From Octopus vulgaris (lineage: Eukaryota), in contig OX597825.1 in assembly GCA_951406725.2 (NCBI GenBank), forward strand, positions 13,702,001 through 13,766,000: a stretch of 64,000 nt of DNA. Reading direction: 5' to 3'. Positions 41,521 to 53,655 of the stretch are shown in pieces. The notes below the pieces were generated by a model. That model ran no database searches. It was not told the origin of the DNA and worked only from the letters and a program-made list of their open reading frames with translations. Each line of letters opens with the position of its first letter. Positions within the stretch are counted from its first letter, which is position 1. Position numbers and translations under genes: made by a program.

Positions 41521-42634
41521 ACATACAAACAATTTAACACCGTTTTTATTTATTTATTTCTTTCTACATTCATTCATTCATTTACTTATTTATTTATGGA
41601 TATTCTATGAGAATGCAACGTATAGTGGGCTATTGACCTACTGTTTATGTGACTACAAGAATACCAAGATCATAAGTAAATATGCTTATATTATTCCTAT
41701 AGAAAAAAATATTGATTTATGTAAACAATTGTTTGCGCACACCTGCTATATGTGTACATGAAAAATCTGTCATGTGTATATTCATCTAACATTTGTTTTT
41801 GTTATATCTGTTGGCATTTTTAGCTGTCTGACGTTGAAAGTTGCTATTCTCCCATACTACACTTCATGAATTTATATTGTATATATTTATCATGTTCACA
41901 ATAGTCCCTTGTCACATTGGACATACATACGCAGACGAACGTTTTAAAGCAGAATGCGAAAGCGAAAATAAATAAAAATAACAAGGTTTGCGTTGGGATT
42001 TGTTGTGTTGTTTGTGTGTGTGGATCTTTTGTAAATAGACTCAGTCTTACATGCCTGTATGTTTGTATGTTTTTATGTGTGTATGTTGTTCTCTGTCTCA
42101 TTTTAATTTAGAGTAGATTTTGATTTGCTACCTACTTGGTAGCAAGGTTGTGAAAGAGAGAACTTTGTTTTATTCATCATCCCTTGAAATTTAAGAAGAC
42201 CTTGTAGGTTTATATAGTCCTTGCTATCACGGTCATTTGTAGTGTATGAATCATACTTCGGTCCAGACAACTTGGTATGTAGAGGGATTCCAACTACACT
42301 CTCAGAGTGCTTGGTGTTTGGAAGGGCATCCAGCTGTAGAAACATTGCCAGATAAGTTTGGGGCCTGGTGCAGCCTTCTGGCTTGCCAGCCCTCAGTCAA
42401 ACCATCCAACCCATGCCAGCATGGAAAGTGGCTATTAAATGCCGATGAGGAAGATGATGATGATGATTATGTGTGTGTGTGTGTGTGTTAAAGTGCCCAT
42501 GCTGTGCCATGTAACAGCACATGTGCAGTGTCATATAAATGCTTGCATGTGGTGCAATGCAGAAGTGCTTGTGCAGTGCTACCTCCACAGATCCTTTATA
42601 AAATCTAGTGACTAAAAACATCATTATGAAGAAC

Positions 42635-43183
42635 CATGTCCGGTTTCAGCCCTTACTCCTCTACTGTTTTCAACATGGCAGGGCCCCCCGCTTTCGGAGG
42701 TGTCTTCAGCTCTGGTGTTGAGTGCATTTCTTCTTTCTCTTTCTTTCTTCTGTTCCCTGGCCTCTTCGATGTAGTGTCAACAAGAGTCAGTGGGCGAATG
42801 ACCATCCTACAAAATTTCCCTTTAAATGCTCACTGGTAGGCTCCAGCAGCCAGTACCAGCTAACTGTCATGTGATACTGTCTAAACTTCAACTGACCAAT
42901 GGAGGGGAAGGGCATGTAAACTTAGCCCACATCCTCTCTAGTGTTGTGTAAGTTTCAGTTCCAGCAGCCAGAGCCAACCAGCTGTTTGGTAGTACAAGCC
43001 TTCGAACCAGGAGGAGGGAGCACCACCAATGAGACCACTACCTGTCAATCAGCAATGCTGCTTAAGTCTCACCTGGTGATGCTATTTCCCAGTCGGCTGT
43101 TTATGGCTTTCAAGCCATCTTTGGTCTTCTTGCTTCAGCCATATATACAGAAGCTGGCTTTTCGACTGCCTCCTGTATACTCC
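42635..43183 (-). pseudogene. Possible heavily decayed Penelope-like element 3' end
   Basis: Minus strand GVYR..x8..YI / YMAEARRP..LESHK resembles GIY-YIG; ends in CTGAAGA...GAAACCGG. Confidence 0.3.
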
Positions 43184-43685
43184 TTATTACTTTTCTCAGC
43201 TCTGAGCTCAAAAATGCAAACCTTCTTTTGAATACGTTGTCATTTTCCTTTCAATGAAGCCTCTAGCTGGGTGGTAAGAAGCTTCCCTCCCAACTACATG
43301 GTTCTAGGTTCACTCCCACTGCATGGTGCCTTGGGCAAATTCTTCTACTGTAACAGGCTGATCAGAGAATTTGAATGAATGCCTTTCCTAATGCCAACCA
43401 CTCTGAGAGTGTAATGAATGCTGTTACGTGCATCAGTTTGACATCCACGTTTTTATGCTGTCATGGGTCAGACGGAATTTGTTGAGGTGGAGTTTTTTGT
43501 TTTTGTGGTAGAATGCTCTTCCTGTCACAAACACTCACCTGTTGTGAAATAAATTTAAAATTTCCAAATGCCTGCACATGTTTTTTAAGAATATTAGAAT
43601 AAATGGACACTGCCTGCATGATGGTGACACTCACACACTGTCTGACAATGTCAATACAAAGAAACAAATACACATGCACGCACTC

Positions 43686-43866
43686 ATGCCCGCAATCACA
43701 CACACATGCCTGCAATCACACACACATGCCTGCAATCACACACACATGCCCGCAATCACACACACATGCCCACAATCACACACTGGTACACATGCATGCA
43801 ATCACACACACATGCACGCAATCCCACACACACATACACACACACACATGCCCACAATCACACACT
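43686..43866. repeat. 20-bp minisatellite CATGCC(C/T)GCAATCACACACA
   Basis: Four regular units followed by three degenerate ones. Confidence 0.85.
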
Positions 43867-44150
43867 GGTACGGGTTGGTTGGTTTCACAGGAGCTGGTAA
43901 AGCCAGGCACCACACCAAGCTTCACAGCTTGTTTTGGCATTTTTTACAGCTGGATGCCCTTTCTGACGCCAACCACTTTTACAGAGTGTACTGGGTGACT
44001 TTCATCTGACGCTAGAACCAGTGCTTTTAGCACTGGCACCAACACCAGTGTGTTTTATAACATGCTCTAAATTTATACATACATGCACACACATTTACAT
44101 AAAATGCTATAAATTTGCACATGTACGCATGCACATGCTTGCACATATAT

Positions 44151-44234
<84 letters not shown>

Positions 44235-44340
44235 GTAAAAAATACAAACTGGGACAAGAACGCAAAACATTTAGAAGACGATACAAAAAACACGAACGGG
44301 ACATTCGAAGCCTTCAATCTTCAGTCAAGAACCGGATATA

Positions 44341-44373
<33 letters not shown>

Positions 44374-44420
44374 GGATGGATAGATAGATAGAGAGATAGA
44401 TAGATAGATAGATAGATATC

Positions 44421-44469
<49 letters not shown>

Positions 44470-44592
44470 GGATAGATAAATATTTTTATATATGTAGATA
44501 GATAGATAGATAGATATACATCCATATACTCACACACAGAGCGACCTGAATGTATCATACACATGTGTCATACAAAACATTTTCTGTTTATT

Positions 44593-44628
<36 letters not shown>

Positions 44629-44723
44629 CAAGCTTCTATATATGTCTGTATTTTCGAACCTATGAGGGTTTGTTTATGTAAGAATTAGCTATGCTGTTTA
44701 TGCAACTGTTCATTTGTGTTCCG

Positions 44724-44768
<45 letters not shown>

Positions 44769-44922
44769 ATTCCTCTTTGCACACATGCAATCTTAAACAC
44801 GTCTTGTAGACATATAAGAGTTGAAAGTTGTGCTATAGGTGTTACTTTGTGTGTCAGTTTGAAGTTTTCCTTACTATTTCAAGACGTTATCGTTATTATC
44901 ATTATCATCATCATCATCATCA

Positions 44923-44989
<67 letters not shown>

Positions 44990-44991
<2 letters not shown>

Positions 44992-45438
44992 GGCAGTGAG
45001 CTGGCAAAACCATTAGTGCGCTGGATGAAATGCTCAGCAGTCTTTCACCTGTCGCTGCCTTCTGAGTTCAAATTCTGTCAAGAACAATTTTAGCATTCAT
45101 TCTCTCAGGGTCAATTAAATAAGAACCAGTTACACACTGGGTTCGATGTAATCGTCTCAATCTCCTCTTCTAATCTACCTCTGTGGAAAAAATTTGAAAT
45201 CATTATTATTATTACTATTACACGGTGAGCTGGCTGAATCATTAGAGCACTGGACGAAATGCTTAGCAGTATTTCGCCCGTCGCTGCATTCTGAGTTCAA
45301 ATTCCACTGAGGTCAACTTTACCTTTTATCCTTTCAGGGTTGATAAATTAAGTACCAGTTGAGTACTGGGGTTGATCTAATTGACTGCCACCTCCTACTC
45401 CCCCTAAAATTTCAAGCCTTGTACCTATAGTAGAAAGG

Positions 45439-45440
<2 letters not shown>
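44990..45440 (+). mobile_element. Two SINE family B copies embedded in (ATT)n
   Basis: GTGAGCTGGC heads at ~44996 and ~45225, B-box TGAGTTCAAATTC. Confidence 0.8.
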
Positions 45441-45483
<43 letters not shown>

Positions 45484-45616
45484 GAGTGAGAGAGCAGTTC
45501 ATGCCATCAAAGTGACACTGGGGTAAAATATACGAAGCCCAATATACCCATCATGACTACCCGTCTGATAAGGGTACACCAAACACATGCATCACAACCA
45601 TTTGTGCACGACATGG

Positions 45617-45666
<50 letters not shown>

Positions 45667-45721
45667 CATTATTAATATTATTATTATTATTATTATTATC
45701 ATCATCATCATTATTATTATT

Positions 45722-45771
<50 letters not shown>

Positions 45772-46527
45772 TATTATTATTATAGGTACTGTTATTTTTA
45801 TTGTTAAATGTTATTGTTTGGGAAAGAGCAGCTGCCAGTTAACTGCTCAGCTGAAATGACATTCCTCGGTGCCATGACTACAGATAGGTAAACAGTTAGG
45901 TGCACACAACACTGCTGTTCTGCAAGTCTGCACATTGATGTCGAGGTCATCAGGTTTCTACTGGTTCCGCATATCTGGCAATGCAAAAACATCTTCAAAG
46001 AAAACTGAAGCTCTTTGCTTTGCTGTGACACATCAGTTTCATTATCCCCAGAGAATAACAGAATGCTTTGCATACATGTTTCTCAACCGAGTTGCAGTTA
46101 GTATGACTGAAGTTGTTGTTGACGGTACACTCAACTATTTCATGGCTTCAACAAATAGTTGACCAATTGCCTTAAAAACGAAAAGTCTGATTCTAGTTGC
46201 ATGAGGTCATTGTCTAACCACAAACTGCTACAAAATTAAAATGGGGAGTAAAAAAGCCTAACATCAAAAGTGAAAAGAGACACTAACATCTCTAACCAGG
46301 GAGGGATGTGGGCAAGTAAGCCCACCTCAATGCACTAAGTAGCTTGACCTTAGTGAAATAGCAGCCAGATCAACCTGAAATTTCAACCTATCATCTTAAA
46401 TGCCAAAAAGCAATAGTACTTATTGGTCTTTGTATTATCTAATAAATATCTGATACCTCTCTCTCTTTCCCTCCCTCTTTCTCTCTCTCTATATATATAT
46501 TTATATATATATATATATATATATAAT

Positions 46528-46862
46528 CAGGCACAGGAGTGGCTGTGTGGTATGAAGCTTGCTTCTTAACCATATGGTTCTGGGTTTAGTTCTACTGTGT
46601 GGCACCTTGGGCAAGTGTCTTCTACTATAACCTTGGGCTGACCAAAGCCTTGTGGGTGGATTTGGTAGACAGAAAGTGAAAGAAACCCACTGTATGTATG
46701 TGCGTATGTATGTATGTATGTATGTATGTATGTATGTATGTATGTATGTATGTATGTATGTATGTATGCATGTATGTATGTGTGTGTTTGTGTGGCTGTG
46801 TTTGCCCCCCCCTACCATCACTTGATAACCGATTTTGGCGTGTTTACTTCCCCATAACTTAG
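46528..46862 (+). mobile_element. SINE family A, 3'-truncated, fused to a family C tail
   Basis: tRNA head and (TATG)n centre. Confidence 0.75.
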
Positions 46863-47350
46863 GGGTTCCGTGAGAGAGGCCGATGGAATTTGTCCCAGCT
46901 CTGGACAAACCATCCAACTCATGCCAGCATGGACAACGGATTTTAAATGATGAGGATGATGACAATGATGATATGATGATGATAGATATATATATATTTA
47001 GTTGGTGGGGGCTCTGAAAGGGGTCTCAGGGAGTAGTGTCCCTGCCTTCCCGAGCTGGTTTTCCACCACATTTCTTAAAAATCATGGTAGATGCCTTGAT
47101 CTTGGGACCACACATGTCTAGAAACTGAGGTTTGGGGCAAACCAAGGCATGCTCTCCATAGAAAATTCCAGCTCGGTAAAAGCCTCATCACAATAGCAAA
47201 GGAGATTGGGCACCATTGCTATGGTATTGAGGTAGAACCAGCCACCCCCATTAATGGGGACAAAGCCCAGACTTAAAATGATGGATGGATATATACTAGA
47301 TGAGTAGCTACAACACACATTTTTTTCTCTCCTTGTTTTTTTCTGTGTCC

Positions 47351-47386
47351 CTATCTGTAGAAGAGTATAGGCTCGAAATGTAAAAG
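47351..47386 (+). ncRNA. Degenerate minimal hammerhead motif in a P2-related element
   Basis: CTAT-CTGTAGA-AGAGT-ATAG-GCTC-GAAA-TG-TA-AAAG followed by TTCCTGAGCGT as in P2. Confidence 0.4.
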
Positions 47387-47449
47387 ACGTTTTCAATTCC
47401 TGAGCGTTATACTAATACATCTGTTTGTTTTCTACACCTCTCCCCATAC

Positions 47450-47493
<44 letters not shown>

Positions 47494-48238
47494 ATGTATA
47501 TAAATGGGATGGTCATGAGTGGAAAGGTTTTAATTGTAAGCCAGTTCAATAAGGTCTGCTTTAAACTCCCACACAAGATTTTTAAATATATTACAGCAAC
47601 TAGTTCTGTTTTTAAAATTTTAACTTCTTGTGCGAAATTCCATATGAAATTTTGTACTAAATTCCTTAGGATAAATATTTAGAGAAAGAAAGAGAAAAAA
47701 CGAGAGAGAGAGAGAGAGAAAGAGAGTAAGAGAGAGAGAGGAATTAATTCTATTGAATACATGTGCAAGTGTTGGATTAATGCTTGGGAATAGAATCCTT
47801 ATCAAAACTGCTAACTACGGTTATTCCTTTGTTCTGTTCATAAATATATTTAAGCATTTTGCTCTCAAATGTTCATTGCAATTAAGATGCATTTAATTTT
47901 GAAAATGATCCGAGTTTAAATTCCGTATGATTGGTTTATTCAATCATAGGAAACCTTAGGAAAGAATCAGCTGACAAGTGGAAGAATTTGTCTGTCTATT
48001 GGAATTTACTTTTTAGTTTAAGAAAGATAACAATGGCTTACCAGTAATTGTTAGTGACTCTCCAAGAATAGGAGAGATAATTCGAAGAGGTGGCTGTGTG
48101 GTAAGAAATTTGCTTCCCACCCACCTGGTTCTGGGTTCAGTCCCACTGTGTGGCATTTTGGGCAAGTGTCTTCTATAATAACCTTAGGCAGACCAAAGAC
48201 TTGCGAGTGGATGTGGTAGACAGAAATTGGAAGCAGCT

Positions 48239-48587
48239 CATCATCATCATCATCATCATCATCATCGTTTAACGTCCGCTTTCCATGCTAGCATGGGTTG
48301 GACGGTTCGACCGGGGTCTGGGAAGCCAGAAGGCTGCACCAGGCTCCAGTCTTATCTGGCAATGTTTCTACAGCTGGATGCCCTTCCTAACGCCAACCAC
48401 TCCGTGAGTGTAGTGGGTGCTTTTTATGTGCCACCGACACAGGTGCCAGACGAGGCTGGTGAACGGCCACGCTCGGATGGTGCTTTTTATGTGCCACCGA
48501 CACAATTGCCAGACGAGGCTGGCGAATGGCCACGCTCAGATGGTGTTTTTTACGTGCCACCGGCACGGAGGCCAGGCGAGGTTGGCT

Positions 48588-48588
<1 letters not shown>
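48239..48588 (-). mobile_element. Family C copy with three 60-bp units
   Basis: (CAT)n tail; GTGCCACCG(A/G)CAC units. Confidence 0.85.
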
Positions 48589-48635
<47 letters not shown>

Positions 48636-48639
<4 letters not shown>

Positions 48640-48726
48640 ACAATCAAGGAACGGCCATAATAGGCCATTCACCCACTAGAATCTAGTGGGTGAATGGCCT
48701 ATTATGGCCGTTCCTTTATTGTTGAT
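48636..48726. repeat. 91-bp near-perfect palindrome (45-bp arms, 1-nt spacer, 1 mismatch)
   Basis: 48636-48680 is the reverse complement of 48682-48726. Confidence 0.95.
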
Positions 48727-48946
48727 GTTGAACTTAAAAATGGTCTATGACTATTTAATTTTTTCCCACTAGGCCGCTGGTGGCAGAAGAATTCTACAAA
48801 ATTTTTTTTGCCACCCTATATTGATTAATATATATATATATATATATATATATTCGTGTGTGTGTGTGTGTGTTTGTGTGTGAGTGTTTGTCTGCCTGCC
48901 ATCACTTGACAACCGATGCTGGTGTGTTTATGTCACTGTTAGCTTC

Positions 48947-49576
48947 GGTGGTGGTGGTGGTGGTGGTGGTGGTGGTGGTGGTGGTGGTGGTGGTGGTGGT
49001 GGTGGTGGTGGTGGTGGTGGTGGTTTTGGTGGTGGTGGTGGTTGTGGTGGTTGTGGTGGTGGTTTTGGTGGTGGCGTGGGTGGTGGTGGTGGTGGTGGTG
49101 GTGTTGGTGGTGGTGGTGGTTGTGGTGGTTGTGGTGGTGGTGGTGGTGGTAGTGATGATATATATATATGTGGTGGTGTGGGTGGTGGTGGTGGTGGTGG
49201 TGGTGGTGGTTGTGGTGGTGGTGGTTGTGGTGGTTGTGGTGGTGGTTTTGGTGGTGGCGTGGGTGGTGGTGGTGGTGGTGGTGTTGGTGGTGGTGGTGGT
49301 GGTGGTGGTTGTGGTGGTGGTGGTGGTGGTAGTGATGATATATGGTGGTGGTGGTTGGTGGTGGTGGTGGTTGTGGTTGTGGTGGTTGTGGTGGTGGTTT
49401 TGGTGGTGGCGTGGGTGGTGGTGGTGGTGGTGGTGGTGTTGGTGGTGGTGGTGGTTGTGGTGGTTGTGGTGGTGGTGGTGGTGGTAGTGATGATATATAT
49501 ATATATGTGGTGGTGTGGGTGGTTGTGGTGGTTGTGGTGGTGGTGGTGGTGGTAGTGATGATGATGATGATGATGA
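48947..49576. repeat. (GGT)n tract with ~150-185-bp higher-order repeat
   Basis: TTTTGGTGGTGGCGTGGG and AGTGATGATATAT each recur three times. Confidence 0.9.
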
Positions 49577-50329
49577 CACCACCAATGTCACTGGTTTAGC
49601 TGCGTATTTATTAGAGCTTATCTCATTTTAGGAACGTCGAAAGCAAAAACATGTTTTAGATATTACAGAAATACATAAACCGTCGCTATATTTGTATATA
49701 AACAAAGCAATCATATTCAGAAAGATGTTTTAGAATATCGTATTTGCTTCACTTCACTTTCAAAATATGTATGATAGATAGCCATGCTGAATTCTACCAC
49801 ATACCTGTTATTCAATTATTGTTATAATATTTTCCAAAATCTTCTGTTTTTTTCATATGAACACAGTTGTAAATTTTAGCCATATATAATATACACTTTC
49901 AGGAAAAAAAAAATTGTATCCAAATATTAAACTCGATGCCAATGTTTGAGACATGTTTGTAGCAGAAACACGGTTATGTTCTTTCTCATGTACATGACAG
50001 TCCCAATTAGGATAAATTACGAGAACTATACAGAGGTTAGCTAACTAGTCAACTTGCAAATTATCCAGTCACTATATAATGATAAAGAAGGCCCTCATTT
50101 CTTAACCTAGCTGTCATAATCTCTGTTGAATATTCAGTGAAAATATTATTTATAATTTGTTTTCGTACTTAGGTTTTTCCGTCTTTTGGTGTTTGGGCTT
50201 TTAGTCATGTTATATGAAACACCATTAAATCGGTGTGTTTATCTTGCAGAAGACAATTTTTTAATGATTGCATAGAATTTTGCTAGAATTATATAAATGT
50301 AGTTCTTTGTGTGTGTGTGTGTGTGTGTG

Positions 50330-50553
50330 TACTCTCTTTACTCTCTTTTACTTGTTTCAGTCCTTTGACTGTGGCCATGCTGGAGCACCGCCTTTAGTCG
50401 AGCAAATCGACCCCGGGACTTATTCTTTGTAAGCCCAGTACTTATTCTATCGGTCTTTTTTTGCCGAACCGATAAGTTACGGTGACGTAAACACACCAGC
50501 ATCGGTTGTCAAGCAATGCTAGGGGGACAAACACAGACACACAAACATGCACG

Positions 50554-50570
<17 letters not shown>
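50330..50570 (-). mobile_element. SINE family A, 3' half
   Basis: Tail and body match the family. Confidence 0.85.
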
Positions 50571-50588
<18 letters not shown>

Positions 50589-50589
<1 letters not shown>

Positions 50590-50808
50590 GTTAATCCAAA
50601 CATGAAAGCACAAAGAGAAAACACAACAACGTGAGGACGTGGAACAAATATAGTATTTTTGGACGCTCAGGAAGGAAGGGAAGAAGGAGGGTTTAACGTT
50701 TCGAGCGGAGCTCTTCGTCGGAAACATAGGAGAAGGAAAGATCCAGAGAAGGGAAGACAGAAGAAAAAAAATCGCCAACAGTACACACGCGGTCACATTT
50801 TGAATGTA
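50589..50808 (-). mobile_element. Family P2 element in the central (TA)n of a SINE A
   Basis: Homologous to 3839-4032; (TA)n on both sides. Confidence 0.7.
50691..50725 (-). ncRNA. Minimal type I hammerhead motif, U4C core variant
   Basis: Minus strand GTTT-CCGACGA-A-GAGC-TCC-GCTC-GAAA-CG-TT-AAAC, stems I and II fully paired. Confidence 0.65.
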
Positions 50809-50810
50809 TA

Positions 50811-50860
<50 letters not shown>

Positions 50861-51085
50861 TGTGTGTGTATTTTTTCGGTAATTTTGTTGAATAATAAAT
50901 GAAACTCTTGGTGGATAGTCAAATGCTTATCATAATACCGTCAGATATAATCTTTTACTAGCTTCAGTCATTAGACTGTGGCCATGCTGGGGCAACACCT
51001 TGGAGAGTTTTTAGTTCAATGAATTGTCCCCCTGTACTTTTTTATCTTTTTTCAGCCTTGTATTTATTTTATCACAATGTGTTGA

Positions 51086-51168
51086 GTGCCTGGAATTGAA
51101 CTTGGAAACTTGGGGTTGGTAGCCCGCGCTTTTACCCACTACGCCATATTCAATTTCAGGCAAAGTGA

Positions 51169-51203
<35 letters not shown>

Positions 51204-51212
51204 GTAATAGTA

Positions 51213-51257
<45 letters not shown>

Positions 51258-51266
51258 GTAATAGTA

Positions 51267-51320
<54 letters not shown>

Positions 51321-51332
51321 GTAATAGTAGTA

Positions 51333-51383
<51 letters not shown>

Positions 51384-51386
51384 GTA

Positions 51387-51426
<40 letters not shown>

Positions 51427-51629
51427 TAATAATAATAATAATAATATCAAAAAATACCTTAGGAATGAGAACCCAGGTTCGAAATTTCCCCAAGACACCT
51501 GATGAAGGCTGGAGGGTATATCAGCCGAAATGTTGTGTTAACAACAAACAAGATGAGGGCAAATATTCGTCAAATGTAAATAATGTAAATCATGTACATA
51601 GTTCCTCATCTCTTAAATATAGAACTGTA
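51086..51629 (+). mobile_element. Second family P1 element: inverted tRNA-like head, expanded (AAT)n, hammerhead, same 3' end
   Basis: 51446-51629 matches 6840-7034 and ends identically in GAACTGTA; 51086-51149 is an antisense tRNA-like head. Confidence 0.8.
51494..51539 (+). ncRNA. Minimal type I hammerhead motif
   Basis: GACAC-CTGATGA-AGGCTG-GAGGGTATAT-CAGCC-GAAA-TG-TT-GTGTT. Confidence 0.65.
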
Positions 51630-52247
51630 TGAGTATTTTTGTTCATAAATTCTTTCTGGAATAAAAGATAATGGTACTTCCAAAAAGATGTTTTAATATG
51701 GGTCTTGAGACGTTATAGCCTTCAGTCACTATAAAAGAAATCCATCATGAAAACCAAATTCCAGGTTTGTAAAAGCTTGTCAGAATGTTCTGGAATATTT
51801 CTTAAGACTTGCTCTCTTGCTTGTCAACTCCTGTCAAAAATGATTGGTCGGAAAAAATGTCAGTAAGTGTGTCGATAAAGTTGAAAGATATAGCATCGCT
51901 AGCTAGCGCCGGTCGACATTACCAAATATTGTGAAGCTAACTGCAAGTGGATTTCACTTTCAAACTGAATTGTTCTAATTCCAAACTTAAGGAAGCTATT
52001 GGTGCTGCAGGAATTCTCTTTCGGTACATTTCTTGTTAGATAAATTAATAAAATCAAAGAACCAGATAGCATGTCTGATCATTTGTTGTGAATTCAATAA
52101 AATATGATGTTAAATATCTGCTCCAAATTGGATAAATATATGTTAGAAGGATAGCAAAAATGGAAAAAATTAAATGAACTGGGAAATGTACATCAAATAG
52201 TTCAGTTTATGAATAATTAAAAAATTGAGGTATGTTCTTGAATTTAA

Positions 52248-52468
52248 CTCTTTAGTGTTCACATTATTCTGCCAAAACTAATCCTTTTTTATCCACATTG
52301 TTTTGAACAAATCATGCATTATCTTGTAGTTATGAGATTTTGATGAAGTAGCTGTTAATTTTTAAGATGATATTGTAGGGTTGGTGTGAGAGATCAGATA
52401 TGGCCAGTTTGAACATAAAACAAGCAGAATACTTTTGGCCGGATATGGCCTGTTTAAATGCTAAAGGT
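52248..52468. mobile_element. Older piggyBac-type MITE
   Basis: TTAA-CTCTTTAGTGTTC...AAATGCTAAAGGT-TTAA; a related end TTAATCCTTTAGCATTTA at ~25553. Confidence 0.65.
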
Positions 52469-53089
52469 TTAATGCCGTGAGAGTACAAAAAGGAAGAACA
52501 AAAGAGAAAAATGTGTTTATAAATGTGAATAAGAATGAATTTGTGTTTGCATGAAAATGCTTGTATGATAGCAATGCATATTGTTTAATTGATGATGAAC
52601 CAACAAAAGCACAACTATGCAAATCAGGGCATCCACCACGGTACTAGCTTAATTTATGACTGTAGTGCAGTGTTGTTGCTTAGGAAGGAAGCTGGCTACA
52701 TCTTCTCTAATCAGCAACCAACAAACTAAGATATAGACCATCAGGAGAGTCCTTCCCTTCCTATAGTAAAATAAGCATTTTCTTGCCTAAAAATTAATAA
52801 ATAAAAATATAGTACAGTACAGTACTGTATAATGCATTAATTAAAATATATTTAAAGAAAATACATATTGCACTGTTGATGAAAAATGAATCGCACATAC
52901 TGTATGGAAAATGGAATTCAGGAGGCGAGTGTGTGGTATTGTTTTGGATTCATAATAAAATAAATACATGCAAATTATAAAAATAATTAAAAGTAAACAA
53001 GGCAACTCTAATGTTCTCTCAATGATTAACCAGAGATGATTTTTGTAAATATGAGTATCTGAATAAAGTCGACTGCTCTCACAAACGAG

Positions 53090-53332
53090 AATACTAAAAA
53101 TGAACCTGACCGCTCTCAAAAATTGAGTAAAATAACCGGAAAAATAATCCAGAATCCTTGTCTGGTACTGGATCGATACCAAAATCTAATCAGTTTCTGC
53201 TAGTCGCGAGACCAAGCATCTTTGAAAGTTTCTTCTGAATCCATCCAGCAGATTTGTTTGTTTGTCTGTGGACAAACAAAAAAAAAAAACCAAACAAACA
53301 ACACCTCTGCCTTCAATAAGGTGGAGGTAAAA
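53090..53332 (+). mobile_element. Helentron/HINE-like non-autonomous element; 5' boundary approximate
   Basis: AAAATCTAATCAG...ATCCATCC...(ACAA)n, then terminal hairpin ACCTCTGCCTT-CAAT-AAGGTGGAGGT and an A-run. Confidence 0.55.
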
Positions 53333-53464
53333 ATATAGAGTCCAGTACTGTTTCTACTATGCAGATGTTCACCTATTGCAGAGGGGTTTTGGAAACTAAC
53401 ACCCACGATAGTCAAGGGATGTGTAAAAGATTTGAGCAAGGTCGTCGTCAGAACCACCTGACTG

Positions 53465-53655
53465 GCCATCATGCCAGTGGCACATAAAAGCACCCACTAC
53501 ACTCTCGGAGTGGTTGGTGTTAGGAAGGGCATCCAGCTGTAGAAACTCTGCCAGATCAGATTGGAGCTTGTTGCACCATCTGGTTTACCAGTCCTCAGTC
53601 AAATCGTCCAACCCATGCTAGCATGGAAAGCAGACGTTAAATGATGATGATGATG
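53465..53655 (+). mobile_element. Family C copy
   Basis: GTGGCACATAAAAGCACCCAC through the (GAT)n tail. Confidence 0.8.

Noticed and set aside
45804-46162. Possible hAT transposase remnant (QCCVHLTVYLSV on the minus strand)
   Set aside because: One short weak motif, many stops and no TIRs identified.
48858-49599. Gly-rich or poly-Val structural protein ORFs
   Set aside because: Derived from (GGT)n following a SINE fragment.
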